From IMG/VR virus record IMGVR_UViG_3300044644_002613: a stretch of 64,000 nt of DNA; one strand, written 5' to 3'. Origin of the DNA: an uncultured virus (IMG/VR IMGVR_UViG_3300044644_002613). Lineage: Duplodnaviria > Heunggongvirae > Uroviricota > Caudoviricetes. Made by a program: the position numbers and the translations under genes. Below the pieces are notes generated by a model that saw nothing but the letters and a program-made list of their open reading frames with translations, ran no database searches and had not been told where the DNA came from. Positions 1 through 10,220 of the stretch are shown here, one piece after another; within the stretch, counting starts at the first letter, position 1, and each line of letters begins with the position of its first letter.

Positions 1-1
1 A

Positions 2-493
2 AAAAGAAAAGTTGAAATCTACAAAGAAGTGGCCAATTTTAAATCAACCAATAAATGCAAGATATGCAAAGAATCAAATCCAGTCGCACTAGATTTTCAT
101 CACCTGTCTGATAAAAAATTTGGAATTCGTGCTGGTATCTCTTCTGGATATAACCTAAAAAAAATAGTGGATGAGATGTCCAAATGTATAGTTTTGTGTG
201 CGAATTGTCACAGGAAAGAACATCACGACAAAAAGGAAAATAAAACCATAAACAATCGTGAAAAAATAAACAATTTCAAATCAATCAATAAATGCAAGAT
301 ATGCAAAGAATCAAATCCAGTCGCACTAGATTTTCATCACCTGTCTGATAAAAAATTTGAAATAAGCAAAGTATCAAGCTCCAGATGTAGTCTTGAACAT
401 ATAATGAATGAAATATCAAAATGTATATTGCTATGTGCGAATTGTCATAGAAAAGAACATTATGGCGAAAAATCAGAATCATCCCACTCGTAA
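2..493 (+). CDS. Tandem-duplicated HNH-type domain protein (5' truncated by the window)
   Basis: Two copies of CxxCxExNPVALDFHH...KCxxLCANCHRKEH; the frame is open back to base 2. Confidence 0.75.
   Translation, partial: KRKVEIYKEVANFKSTNKCKICKESNPVALDFHHLSDKKFGIRAGISSGYNLKKIVDEMSKCIVLCANCHRKEHHDKKENKTINNREKINNFKSINKCKICKESNPVALDFHHLSDKKFEISKVSSSRCSLEHIMNEISKCILLCANCHRKEHYGEKSESSHS
49..359 (+). repeat. Exact 74-bp direct repeat (49-122 and 286-359), period 237 bp
   Basis: caataaatgcaagat...gataaaaaatttg is identical in both copies. Confidence 0.95.
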
Positions 494-813
494 GGAATAA
501 TCTTCCATGTGTCTAGAATTGTATAATCTGCTTTTAAATCCATTTCTGGATGCAACTGCCAACTAGTAATTCTAACACCTTGAACAGTAATTTTATGATC
601 TTCCATCATCATGCACAAATTGAGTTCTATTCCCTGTTCATGCCAACCATCCATTTCTCGATCAGATGGCTCAATTTGAATAATTAAATGTCCTGTAATA
701 TCTTCTAATTGGTAACTACTAGGCAAAGGAAATTGCCCTGCATTCGATGGATAATCACCAGGGTCTTCCCAAATGTCTATTTCTAAAGATAAAGTATTTT
801 CAAGAATTTTCAT
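460..813 (-). CDS. Hypothetical acidic protein
   Basis: 117-aa ORF containing WEDPGDYPS. Confidence 0.6.
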   Translation of the reverse strand: MKILENTLSLEIDIWEDPGDYPSNAGQFPLPSSYQLEDITGHLIIQIEPSDREMDGWHEQGIELNLCMMMEDHKITVQGVRITSWQLHPEMDLKADYTILDTWKIIPYEWDDSDFSP

Positions 814-853
814 ACGATTCCCATCAATGTAAAATTACATAAATATATTTTTG

Positions 854-890
854 ATAAGAATCACAAATCAAGATGACTTGTGATTCTTAT
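854..890 (-). terminator. Stem-loop downstream of 902..1795
   Basis: 13-bp inverted repeat ataagaatcacaa / ttgtgattcttat. Confidence 0.6.
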
Positions 891-901
891 TCGTTCAAAA
901 A

Positions 902-1795
902 TTAATCTGCGTTTGTACCAAGAATATCAGCAGCAGCAGCAATTTTTCGATTGCTTTGTTCGACTGGATTATCGCCAACCGCAAACTTTGGATATGCGGG
1001 ATAAGATACTGGTCTGATTAAATTAAAGATTGCGATCAATTGATCCACACTCTTTGCGTATGCACAGACCCTTTCCAAAAATCCATCCCTAACAGTGACA
1101 CCAGAATCACGATGAATAAGAGCGATCTTTTCATCATCGGTAAGACCTTCAATCGTTGTCTTTCCAGATGCCGTTAAAAATATAGCTAGCTTTTTACCAG
1201 CAGATTTTTCAATCTCAGTCGCTGGCACAAATTCCCTACCACTTCCATAATGACCAGTCAATAGATCAGTAATAGGGCGAACACCAATTACTGGATTTAA
1301 AATTAATTCGTTATTTACCAAAGATTCGGCATCATGCGGATGTAGGCCAGAATCAGTAAATGCCGAAATATAAACACTTTTTGCATCAAGTCCCTCAGCA
1401 ACTTCTGGGAGCTTTACCTTAAATTTATCGGTAAACAACCAACTTGCGGTATGGTCAACAGTGTTATTTTTTTCAGTTTGTAGTTGGGGATTAGAAGGTC
1501 TTGATCTAGATTCAAAATATTTTATACAAAATTCTTGTAGACATATTTCATTCAAAATGTCTTTTGAATTTTCTAATCGCTGCATAACTGGTTCAGCTAC
1601 AATTTTTGCAGAAATCCAACGAGTAAACACCTCTTGTGCTTCTTCGTCTAGGGATATTTTCCACTTAGAAGCCTTGCCCTTTACTGTTGGGGTGATTGGA
1701 GGGAGAGATGCAACTAAAGATTCTAAAACACTTGCTACAGATTCTGTAGTAGAAGATTTGGATACAGACACAGACTTTGTGGCTTTTTTAGCCAT
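902..1795 (-). CDS. Hypothetical protein
   Basis: 297-aa ORF with GAGG RBS and a downstream hairpin. Confidence 0.75.
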   Translation of the reverse strand: MAKKATKSVSVSKSSTTESVASVLESLVASLPPITPTVKGKASKWKISLDEEAQEVFTRWISAKIVAEPVMQRLENSKDILNEICLQEFCIKYFESRSRPSNPQLQTEKNNTVDHTASWLFTDKFKVKLPEVAEGLDAKSVYISAFTDSGLHPHDAESLVNNELILNPVIGVRPITDLLTGHYGSGREFVPATEIEKSAGKKLAIFLTASGKTTIEGLTDDEKIALIHRDSGVTVRDGFLERVCAYAKSVDQLIAIFNLIRPVSYPAYPKFAVGDNPVEQSNRKIAAAADILGTNAD

Positions 1796-1900
1796 GATAC
1801 ATTACCTCATATTATAACCATTTGTTGCTCTGGCCCATTGCCATCGCTAAGGTCACTATATGGAAATAAATTTAAAAGTAAGGTGGGGAAAATATATTTT

Positions 1901-2761
1901 TCAAAAATTATTCGCAGAAATAAGAAGTGTTTGGTCTGCCATTAATATCCAAGACTGCAAAAAATAAGCATTTGGCAAACTTTTTTGTTCCATTTCTCGG
2001 AGTAAAACTTTTGCATCCTCGTTTATTTTATTTAACTTTTCATGATTGTTATTCAATTGAACAAGGATTTTAATGTTATCTACCAAATCATAATATTGAA
2101 GAATTAAAGATTCGTACATTTTTTTAGGTTCTAAGTAGAAATATTTCAAAATATTTTCGACACAATCATTTGAATGTAGCTGTCCATTTGAATGGTGTAA
2201 CCATCCAGCGCACATTAAATCTACTTTTTCATTTGGTTTTAAATTTATATCATATGCAGCCTCCTGTGTCATGGAGTACAAATGATTTTTTAATGGGATG
2301 TTTCCAAAAAACACATCATCTTTATGTAATTCTAAAGACTCATACTTTGATTTTCTAATATCTTGATTTATAAAATATTCCTGAACAAAAACCTTACATT
2401 TTCTACAAATGCCATCGCCAACCAAATCATTTTGACTTTCATTGTAAAAATCATGATTACAAGATTTTATTTTTTGAAAATTATCATATGCATCATCCTC
2501 AGCAATTTCAATTTTCTTACCTCTTCCTGTAATCCATATTCTTGGCCTTTGCCATTTTTCAAGTATAAATATGTTTGGTAAATTTATACTTTCTGGGATT
2601 TGTATATTGGCAGCAAATAAATACTTGTCTTTTTTATCTTTTTTTGAATAAAGATTTTTATACTTCAAATAATTTATTTCAGATTCTTTTATCTTAACAA
2701 TCGCATCTTCGCCCCAATCTTTGGAGCTTGAATATTCAATTTCTGTTTTATTAGAGTACAT
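1901..2761 (-). CDS. Hypothetical protein
   Basis: 286-aa ORF overlapping the end of the sigma gene. Confidence 0.65.
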   Translation of the reverse strand: MYSNKTEIEYSSSKDWGEDAIVKIKESEINYLKYKNLYSKKDKKDKYLFAANIQIPESINLPNIFILEKWQRPRIWITGRGKKIEIAEDDAYDNFQKIKSCNHDFYNESQNDLVGDGICRKCKVFVQEYFINQDIRKSKYESLELHKDDVFFGNIPLKNHLYSMTQEAAYDINLKPNEKVDLMCAGWLHHSNGQLHSNDCVENILKYFYLEPKKMYESLILQYYDLVDNIKILVQLNNNHEKLNKINEDAKVLLREMEQKSLPNAYFLQSWILMADQTLLISANNF

Positions 2762-3674
2762 TTTTACAATCCGTGTTCCTTACAGTTTCACGCATAGAAA
2801 TCAAAAATTTCTCTTTTAACTGCCTTACTCTTTCCTTCGTTATTTCCAATAAACCGCTTATTTCTTCAAGATTTTTTCTTTCTTTTCCATTAATTCCAAA
2901 ATAATGCTCAATGATTAAAATCTGCCTATTGATATCTCTTGTATTAAGTCTTTTTTTTGCAGTTTCAATAACACGATTGATAAATATTGCATTTTCTTTT
3001 TGATGCACTTCTGATGTAAGGAATATTTCTGCCGAATTTTGAATTTCTGTTTGATTATCGTCAATACTATAAAATTCATTTTTTTTATTTTTTTTAAGAT
3101 TAATCATTCTGAAGAAGTTTTTACGGAGAACCCAAACACAATATGTACTAAACTTATTTCCAAGAGTGTAATTGAAATAATCAACAGATTTTATCACATC
3201 CATATAAGCATCTGACAAATAGTTATCCAGATTGCGTTTTTCTCTATAACTTTTAAAATCGTTTTTCAAAATGTGTGTTGCCAAACGAAAATTAGAACTT
3301 GCTATCTTGTTACGCAAATCATATATTTTAATTTGGAGATTTTCTATTTTTTCTATTTTTGTTTTGATTGATTTTTTGCAATTCAATTTTTCAATTAAAT
3401 TTTTAGCTTTGAATTTGAGAAAATTAAGTTGTTTAAAAAGATGATATTCTTGTTCCCTCGTTAGAAGAGGCTCTTCGTAACAAGGTCTCATTTCTGGTTG
3501 TTTGTTTGTATTTCTAAGATTTAAAACTTTCTTTGATTCCAAATCGAATTTATGTTTGTCTGGTATATCGCCTAATATTTTTTTACTTGTAATCTTTTTA
3601 TCAAAATCAACATGATGAAAATACTTTAAGTTTGTCTTTAATATAGATTCTTTCCTTTCTTCAATCGCTTGCAT
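2751..3674 (-). CDS. Sigma-70 family RNA polymerase sigma factor (planctomycete-like)
   Basis: Region 1.2 PLLTREQE; region 2 NFRL...FNYTLGNKFSTYCVW; region 4 LEEISGLLEITKERVRQ. Confidence 0.9.
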   Translation of the reverse strand: MQAIEERKESILKTNLKYFHHVDFDKKITSKKILGDIPDKHKFDLESKKVLNLRNTNKQPEMRPCYEEPLLTREQEYHLFKQLNFLKFKAKNLIEKLNCKKSIKTKIEKIENLQIKIYDLRNKIASSNFRLATHILKNDFKSYREKRNLDNYLSDAYMDVIKSVDYFNYTLGNKFSTYCVWVLRKNFFRMINLKKNKKNEFYSIDDNQTEIQNSAEIFLTSEVHQKENAIFINRVIETAKKRLNTRDINRQILIIEHYFGINGKERKNLEEISGLLEITKERVRQLKEKFLISMRETVRNTDCKNVL

Positions 3675-3710
3675 TTTTAGACCTCTAAATTATAAAAATA
3701 AACATGATTT

Positions 3711-3739
3711 ATTTTAATTTATAAATTTTAATATTGCAA
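3711..3739 (-). promoter_or_regulatory. Sigma70-like promoter upstream of the sigma gene
   Basis: TTGCAA-17-TAAAAT on the minus strand. Confidence 0.5.
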
Positions 3740-3749
3740 GATAAATCTA

Positions 3750-4079
3750 TTACAAATCTTCCATTTCCTTTTTTATTTTATTTCGTACAAGATCGGCAGA
3801 TGATTCTAGTATACTTATAGATAAAGCTGGCGGTATATTAAAGCAATCTACTAATATTCCATTAGTAGATGTTTTTATTATAATTAAAGGTGTTTCACGA
3901 TTTTTAATTTCTTCAAAAAACTGATCCATAGTCGCCAATTCTAAATACTCTTGCAATGTTTTTTGCTGATAGTTTCTAAGTTTTCTATTTTCTGTCATTA
4001 GAATTGAAAGTAACAAATATCCAATCGATAAACCAAATATGAATAATGCTATAAGAATTGTTAGTAAAATTTCCATCAA
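3750..4079 (-). CDS. Membrane-anchored hypothetical protein
   Basis: N-terminal hydrophobic helix. Confidence 0.6.
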   Translation of the reverse strand: MMEILLTILIALFIFGLSIGYLLLSILMTENRKLRNYQQKTLQEYLELATMDQFFEEIKNRETPLIIIKTSTNGILVDCFNIPPALSISILESSADLVRNKIKKEMEDL

Positions 4080-4499
4080 TCACCTTATGGGCCAAAAAAA
4101 TCCAGCTTCTTTGCACCCGCTTACATCTTTTTGATAAAAATAAGCTTCGGCAGTCTTCCTGTATAATTTAGTAAGAGTTTCATTAAAAAGTGGCAAATTT
4201 ACAATTGTGATTTCATCCAATAGAATTTCACGCCTTTGAAAAACATTGTATTCCACCCCTTCAATATCATCTAAAACACGCAAACATTCTGTATCTACTT
4301 CGTATAATTCCCCATATATTTTTTTACCAGCGAATTTATCTTTCGACTCGACCAAACATGGATACGAAATTGTTTTAAACATAAAATATTGCCCGATTGT
4401 TTTAGCAATTCCTATGTATCTTTGTTCTTCCAAAATATAATGCCTTGAATGGCCATTTTTTAAGGTTCCATAAACAAAAATCAAATGATAATCTTCCAT
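4080..4499 (-). CDS. Gamma-glutamylcyclotransferase (AIG2-like)
   Basis: IFVYGTLKNG, GELYEV, LDDIEG motifs. Confidence 0.88.
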   Translation of the reverse strand: MEDYHLIFVYGTLKNGHSRHYILEEQRYIGIAKTIGQYFMFKTISYPCLVESKDKFAGKKIYGELYEVDTECLRVLDDIEGVEYNVFQRREILLDEITIVNLPLFNETLTKLYRKTAEAYFYQKDVSGCKEAGFFWPIR

Positions 4500-4505
4500 A
4501 ATTTG

Positions 4506-5012
4506 CTACCTTTCAATGAGACTTACTTTATGTTCATAAAAAGATAAACAAAAATTACAAATTAACTCATGATTATAATTTTTGTTTTCTATAAAATCAT
4601 GAACGAGCCATTTGGCGTATATTCTACGAACCTGCTCCCAAAACATTTGAGGTGCAAATATAAAACCAACATCATAAACAAGCCTTTCTTGAAAATATTC
4701 ATAGAAATAAACTTGTTTTAAAATGTTTACTATTGGAAAAACCAATAATTTTTTATCTTCTTGAAAAACCTCATTGACAATAATCCTATCTTTAAAGTCA
4801 ATATTTTTTATATCTTTATACGAATCTGTTAATATCACAGGATCTTTTGTAAAACTTAGTGTCTTGTAAATGTCATCCACTATTGTTGGTATTCCTTCGA
4901 TTTCTGAAATCAAAGGTTCAACACCAAGAATGGCAATCTCATGACCTTCATCCTTGTATTGATTCATCCAATCATAAGACTTATTTTTTATATAAATACT
5001 ATATATTTTCAT
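4506..5012 (-). CDS. Hypothetical protein
   Basis: 168-aa ORF in the operon. Confidence 0.55.
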   Translation of the reverse strand: MKIYSIYIKNKSYDWMNQYKDEGHEIAILGVEPLISEIEGIPTIVDDIYKTLSFTKDPVILTDSYKDIKNIDFKDRIIVNEVFQEDKKLLVFPIVNILKQVYFYEYFQERLVYDVGFIFAPQMFWEQVRRIYAKWLVHDFIENKNYNHELICNFCLSFYEHKVSLIER

Positions 5013-5042
5013 ATTTTTGTACCACTTGTTCTGTTGTGTTTT

Positions 5043-6296
5043 TCAAACCTTTTTAATTAACATTTCATCAATTGTAATTGAATTAGAGTCATTGTCGGAA
5101 GCGTTGAACATTATGTCGCTCATGAAATTTTCCACAACCGACCTTAAAGCTCTTGCCCCTGTTCCCTTTTTAAAAGCCACATTTGCAATTTCTTTTATTG
5201 CTCCATCGGTAAATTTCAAATCAATATCATCATAAAAAAATAATTTTTGATATTGTTTTAAAATTGAATTTTTAGGTTCAGTCAAAATTGAAATTAAATG
5301 GCTTTCAGTCATATGATCCAAAGCAACTTGTATTGGCAATCTTCCTACGAATTCAGGAATCATTCCATATTGTATAAAATCTTCATCAGTGACGCTTTTA
5401 AGAATTTCATGATCTGAATTTTCAACACCTGTTGAATTTACAAATCCAATTTTACTTTTTCCAATTCTTCTTCTGATTGTATCTTCAATACCAACAAAAG
5501 TTCCGCCACATATAAAAAGTATGTTTGATGTATCGACTTGTATAAAATGTTGCTCTGGATGCTTTCTTCCTCCTTGGGGCGGAACATTACAAACTGTTCC
5601 CTCTATTATTTTAAGAAGTGATTGCTGAACTCCTTCTCCACTCACATCTCTTGTTATCGACATATTCTTTGATGTTTTGGCTATTTTGTCTATCTCATCG
5701 ATGTAAATAATTCCCATTTGTGCCTTATCAACATCATAATTTGTTTCACGAAGAAGTTTAACTATAAGATTTTCAACATCTTCTCCAACATATCCAGCTT
5801 GGGTAAGGACTGTGGCATCTCCGATAGCAAATGGAACTCCAAGAAATTTGGCCAAGGTTTTTGCGAGTAATGTTTTTCCACAACCTGTCGGCCCTAAAAA
5901 TAAGATGTTGGATTTTTCTATCGTTACATCTTGAAGTTTTTTTGGAATTTTCGATTGATTGGTCTTATCGTTTATGCGTTTATAATGGTTACAAACAGCA
6001 ATTGCCAACAGTTTTTTTGCTCGATCTTGACCTATAACATGTTGATCTAAAAATTCGACAACCTTTTTAGGACTAATCTTTTCAGAAAATTGAATTTCTT
6101 TTTTTAATTTTGATGACTTTTTAAAATCATCGGGGTTTGCAGTGGACAAAGATACATGCATTAAATTTATACAATTCGAACAAATGTAAGCCCTATCACC
6201 TTTTTTTCTTCCATTTCTCGGCCTTGCCAATGATGCACCCTCAATAATAACAGCATCATTCTTTTCGCAAAACTCACAATAAAAAACTTTAGACAT
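5043..6296 (-). CDS. clpX: ATP-dependent Clp protease ATP-binding subunit ClpX
   Basis: C4 zinc finger, [50 protein letters not shown]. Confidence 0.97.
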   Translation of the reverse strand: MSKVFYCEFCEKNDAVIIEGASLARPRNGRKKGDRAYICSNCINLMHVSLSTANPDDFKKSSKLKKEIQFSEKISPKKVVEFLDQHVIGQDRAKKLLAIAVCNHYKRINDKTNQSKIPKKLQDVTIEKSNILFLGPTGCGKTLLAKTLAKFLGVPFAIGDATVLTQAGYVGEDVENLIVKLLRETNYDVDKAQMGIIYIDEIDKIAKTSKNMSITRDVSGEGVQQSLLKIIEGTVCNVPPQGGRKHPEQHFIQVDTSNILFICGGTFVGIEDTIRRRIGKSKIGFVNSTGVENSDHEILKSVTDEDFIQYGMIPEFVGRLPIQVALDHMTESHLISILTEPKNSILKQYQKLFFYDDIDLKFTDGAIKEIANVAFKKGTGARALRSVVENFMSDIMFNASDNDSNSITIDEMLIKKV

Positions 6297-6324
6297 TCAA
6301 CAATCCTCCGTGAAATAAAAAAAT

Positions 6325-6353
6325 ATTATACCATGAACCTTAACATCAAGCAA
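6325..6353 (-). promoter_or_regulatory. Sigma70-type promoter for clpX
   Basis: TTGCTT-17-TATAAT with extended TG; GGAGG RBS at 6305-6309. Confidence 0.7.
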
Positions 6354-6356
6354 TAT

Positions 6357-7115
6357 TTAAGATTTTAAAAATCTATGAGACCATCTTTTTTTTATAATTT
6401 CATGATTATGAGTAAAGCTAGACTCACAATCAATAGTTTTCATGACTTCTTTAATCGTTTTATTTTCATGATGTGTTACCAATCCAAGATGTAAAGCGTA
6501 AATTCTTTCCTTGAATTCTGTCAGTCTTAAAGAAAAATCACTGTCTTCACAATAGGCAAACTGTAAATGTTCTTCGTCAAACAAACCATATTTTTCATAA
6601 ATAAATCTAGGAATACAAAAGCACCAACCACAAATGTAATCAATATCGCTGCCAAAATTAAAAATTGTTCCTTTACCAGATTCGTTTATTTTTCCACCAA
6701 GATATCCAACTTGTGCATAGCCATATTGTTGAATTTGACCAATCATTGCCTTATCCCAGTTTGGCAACACTTCGGTATCAGAATTCAATAAAATTGCATA
6801 TGGATTTTTAGAAATTTTCATCAATTCATTGTTTGGCTTGATGAAACCAATATTTTGATCATGATGAGAACAAATTATGTCTTTTTGACTTTCTATCCAA
6901 CTTTTTGTTTCTTGATCTGAATTATTATTCCAAATATAAATTTGATAATTTTTTGTATTTTTTCTAATTGATTCGACACATTTTTTAAGATAAAAAAGCT
7001 GATTGTGGACAATTATCAAAATGTCTTTGGAAACATATTGGTAATTTGACATGCAATCCAACTCTGCTAGAATCTTTTGACTGTATCTTTCGATTCTAAA
7101 TATGACATCATTCAT
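6357..7115 (-). CDS. Glycosyltransferase family 2
   Basis: ILIIVHN, NNNSD, NIGF, LLNSDTEV, YCEDSDFSLR. Confidence 0.88.
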   Translation of the reverse strand: MNDVIFRIERYSQKILAELDCMSNYQYVSKDILIIVHNQLFYLKKCVESIRKNTKNYQIYIWNNNSDQETKSWIESQKDIICSHHDQNIGFIKPNNELMKISKNPYAILLNSDTEVLPNWDKAMIGQIQQYGYAQVGYLGGKINESGKGTIFNFGSDIDYICGWCFCIPRFIYEKYGLFDEEHLQFAYCEDSDFSLRLTEFKERIYALHLGLVTHHENKTIKEVMKTIDCESSFTHNHEIIKKRWSHRFLKS

Positions 7116-7129
7116 ACACCAATTATAAA

Positions 7130-7159
7130 AAAAAAGCGTAGAAAAATCTACGCTTTTTT
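7130..7159. terminator. Intrinsic terminator, possibly bidirectional
   Basis: aaaaaagcgtaga-aaaa-tctacgctttttt. Confidence 0.75.
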
Positions 7160-7175
7160 AAAATTAATATGTGAA

Positions 7176-7535
7176 TTAATTTTTCAATTCTTTTAACAAA
7201 TTGATAAATTCAAGCAGTTTATCAATTCCGCCAACCTTTTGGGCAAAACTTCGAAGCTCAATCAAAATCGAACCATAATTTTGCAAATCAATTGAATTGT
7301 TTTCTTCCTGATTTAATTTTCCAATCTCTTTGGAGCGTATAGCATAAATATTAACTTTTTTTATGTCAATATTTAAATCCTTAAGCCTTTGTATCATTGT
7401 GTCCTTCCAATCTTTTGGTGGATTTTCTGATACGGCTCCAATTTCTTGCAATATTTGCCTAACGATTTTGCTTTTATTTCCGACAGTGTCTTTTTGCATG
7501 TTACACCTATACTGCAAAATACAAGATTTCGCCAT
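7176..7535 (-). CDS. Hypothetical protein (planctomycete-like NKS...VGG pattern)
   Basis: NKSKIVRQIL...FAQKVGGIDKL. Confidence 0.55.
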   Translation of the reverse strand: MAKSCILQYRCNMQKDTVGNKSKIVRQILQEIGAVSENPPKDWKDTMIQRLKDLNIDIKKVNIYAIRSKEIGKLNQEENNSIDLQNYGSILIELRSFAQKVGGIDKLLEFINLLKELKN

Positions 7536-7977
7536 TATCTCTTTTTTGCTTAAGGTCTTTTGCCTTAACCAATTTGTTTACTGCTTGATAAACATTATTG
7601 GCAAAGTTTTTAGCATCGCTCTTGTAGCCAAGTTTTTGAGCTACACCAGCTACTTCTTTCAAAGATATTGGCTCCTTTGATTCATGTATAATTTTACATA
7701 CTAAAGAACCCAAAGACATAGGCTTGTCATTTTTTGCGACAATTTCTTTTTTTGCCTTATTGTGCTTAGGAGCAAGTGAATTATCTTCTTGATTGCAAGA
7801 TTCCAAAACTTGCGATGTCGAAATCGATAAAACTGCCGTTGTTGAAGATCCATTTGAAAGAGATGCCAATCTACTTTCAAAAACTGTAACTTCTTCAAGC
7901 TTGGAAATAAGACCATCAATAAATTCTCGCTGTTGTTTGAGAGCAGCGATTCTCTCCAGTGTGTTAACTGACATCAT
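7507..7977 (-). CDS. Coiled-coil plus winged-HTH-like DNA-binding protein
   Basis: C-terminal SLGSLVCKII..PISLKEVA..GYKSDAKNFANNVYQAVNKL; start moved to the ATG after GGAG. Confidence 0.55.
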   Translation of the reverse strand: MMSVNTLERIAALKQQREFIDGLISKLEEVTVFESRLASLSNGSSTTAVLSISTSQVLESCNQEDNSLAPKHNKAKKEIVAKNDKPMSLGSLVCKIIHESKEPISLKEVAGVAQKLGYKSDAKNFANNVYQAVNKLVKAKDLKQKRDNGEILYFAV

Positions 7978-8188
7978 GAACTCCATAAACAAAGTCATTT
8001 TTGTAATTGATCTTAAAGCAATGACTAAATCTTTACGATCATTTGTCTACAATTTAACTTACTGAAATGTTTTATCATCGTAAAGAGATTTAATAAAAAT
8101 TATTTATACGATTAAAAAATAGTCATACAAGCTCTTTTATCAATAAGCTGTAAATCGTAATTAACATTCGTAATAAAAGGAATTAAAC

Positions 8189-8374
8189 ATGCTTGTACTT
8201 AGTAGAAAAAAAGATGAAAAGATTATACTAAAATGTCCTGATATGCCTGACATAAAGATAACCATTGTTAGGATTGACAACAAAAATAGAGTACGCATTG
8301 GAATTGAAGCCGACAAAGACATAACTGTTCTACGATCTGAGTTAGATCGATCAATTATAGATAGCAACGATTAG
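8189..8374 (+). CDS. csrA: Carbon storage regulator CsrA paralog 1
   Basis: MLVLSRK...VRIGIEADKDITVLRSEL. Confidence 0.9.
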   Translation: MLVLSRKKDEKIILKCPDMPDIKITIVRIDNKNRVRIGIEADKDITVLRSELDRSIIDSND

Positions 8375-8651
8375 AAATTTTGATTTTTTGCAAATACTTT
8401 AAAAATTCTTCATGCGAATACGATTCCACGATAACTTTATCAGAAATCAAATCTGCTTCAGATTCGGATAAGGATAGTTTGCTTTTTAATTTTTCGACAG
8501 TGTAGTTCTTTTTTCTGGCAATCCAAGCTGCCGATAACAGTCTTGATTGATTGCTAGAATCAAATAAATTAGAACAAGAAGTGCAAATGCAAATTCCATC
8601 CACTAGTGGATGGGATAGACTTTGACCGCAATTAGGACAGACATAAATCAT
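8355..8651 (-). CDS. Zinc-ribbon protein
   Basis: CPNCG...CTSC. Confidence 0.65.
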   Translation of the reverse strand: MIYVCPNCGQSLSHPLVDGICICTSCSNLFDSSNQSRLLSAAWIARKKNYTVEKLKSKLSLSESEADLISDKVIVESYSHEEFLKYLQKIKISNRCYL

Positions 8652-8677
8652 CTCAATAATATTTATGCTGGAAAAGA

Positions 8678-8706
8678 AAAAACCCCATCATAAAGATGGG
8701 GTTTTT
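8678..8706. terminator. Intrinsic terminator downstream of the ParB-like gene
   Basis: aaaaaccccatc-ataaa-gatggggttttt. Confidence 0.75.
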
Positions 8707-8722
8707 ACAAAATAAAGAATTT

Positions 8723-9961
8723 TTACTTCTTATCTTGCTTAGAAAAACACTTTTTCAAGACTTTGTAACAATTTTCTTCGCCATCATGTATAGCTTTGGC
8801 TATTCTAATGGCAACCATTACAACATCTTTCTTGGGAACTTGCTTAGGTATGCAGAACAAAGGGTCTTCTTCAAGACAATTTGCATCATTTTTATAAACC
8901 TTGGTAAGATATCGAATATAATTTTCTTCTATTATTTGCTGCTTTAAAGCCTTTGGTTTGGATTCTTCAGCATCCTCACCATTTACCAGTTTTGAAGCGG
9001 CATCAATATCCTTTCCTTTGGTTGAGTTTTTATTTTCACGCTGACGAGAAACAGCATCTGAAACCTTTAAATTGGCCACATCCAAATTAGCCTGTGCAAT
9101 TTCGATCTCAATTTCATCGTTTTGATCTGCCAATTGAATTTCTACTTCGGCAATTTGCTTTTCCTTAGTAGCCCTATTCAATCTTCGAGCATCACGCATG
9201 GTTTTCTGTTCATTTCTACTTTCTGCAATTTCATTCGCAGTTTCACGAATTTGACTTCTTTCTTCAACATCGTCAATTTCTGCTAACTTTATCGCAGCAA
9301 GCCTATTTATTCTGCCTTCAAGCAAGTCGTTTAAAGTAGAAGGATCAAGCTTTTTTACGAGGTGATCAGTATCACGAAGCCAAAGCTTGTTTTTTTGAAG
9401 AATGCTCAAAATTTGATCATCTGTGGCCTTGAATTTACGCAATTCCATCAGCAAGGCAACATCATGACCATCATTTAAATTCTTACGGCAAGCATTTTCC
9501 GAATATGAATATGCTAAAGCATCAAGATCGCTATCGGCATTATAAATCTGACATATTACATCTTTATAAACTTCGTCAGCAACCTTCCAAGCATATTCTT
9601 CTTTTCCATTATCGCCCTCAACAATACAAGATGGATCTCTAACCATTTCATGTTTTTGTATTAGTTGCGACAACGCACGATATCTCCTATCTCCACCAAC
9701 CAATTGGATTGATTTGGTTTCATGGATATAGCGACAAATCAAAGGAACCATCATGGTTTTATTTTTAATATCCTCTTTCAAAATCTTTGAAAGATCTGCA
9801 TCAATAAGATCATTCTGGCCAGATTCGGTTATCAATCTAGGATTATAAAATTGATAATTACCTGCTGATTGATCGGCTTCGGGAACCTCAATCAGATTGA
9901 AAGGCACCAAAAACAAAGTTCCATGAAGATTTTTAACACTTTCGGGCAAATCAAAAGACAT
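8723..9961 (-). CDS. ParB/Srx N-terminal domain protein with a long coiled-coil C-terminus
   Basis: YNPR, VPLICR, LVGGDRRYRAL, ENACRKNL; start set at ATG 9961 after an AAGGAG RBS. Confidence 0.75.
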   Translation of the reverse strand: MSFDLPESVKNLHGTLFLVPFNLIEVPEADQSAGNYQFYNPRLITESGQNDLIDADLSKILKEDIKNKTMMVPLICRYIHETKSIQLVGGDRRYRALSQLIQKHEMVRDPSCIVEGDNGKEEYAWKVADEVYKDVICQIYNADSDLDALAYSYSENACRKNLNDGHDVALLMELRKFKATDDQILSILQKNKLWLRDTDHLVKKLDPSTLNDLLEGRINRLAAIKLAEIDDVEERSQIRETANEIAESRNEQKTMRDARRLNRATKEKQIAEVEIQLADQNDEIEIEIAQANLDVANLKVSDAVSRQRENKNSTKGKDIDAASKLVNGEDAEESKPKALKQQIIEENYIRYLTKVYKNDANCLEEDPLFCIPKQVPKKDVVMVAIRIAKAIHDGEENCYKVLKKCFSKQDKK

Positions 9962-10004
9962 AGACAAACTCCTTAATGAGATGATGACTTCCATTCCAAG
10001 GCGA

Positions 10005-10033
10005 AAAATATCAGAAATTAAAATCCCTGTCAA
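10005..10033 (-). promoter_or_regulatory. Sigma70-type promoter for the ParB-like gene
   Basis: TTGACA-17-TATTTT with extended TG. Confidence 0.55.
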
Positions 10034-10220
10034 CAGGTTTACGACAACAATTTAAATAATTTTTTCGTAAACCATATGACCCAAATTATCCAAATTAACC
10101 AAACTTCATATTTTTAAAAAATGAAATAGAATTATGATTAATTTAGACTTAAATTAGAATAATTAACTTCATAGGTTCAATTTACCTCGTTATCAACGAA
10201 AGTAAAATTGATGATTAAAT

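Noticed and set aside
49..359. DGR template/variable repeat pair
   Set aside because: The copies are identical over 74 bp with no adenine-specific pattern, both are in frame in one gene, and no reverse transcriptase is seen.
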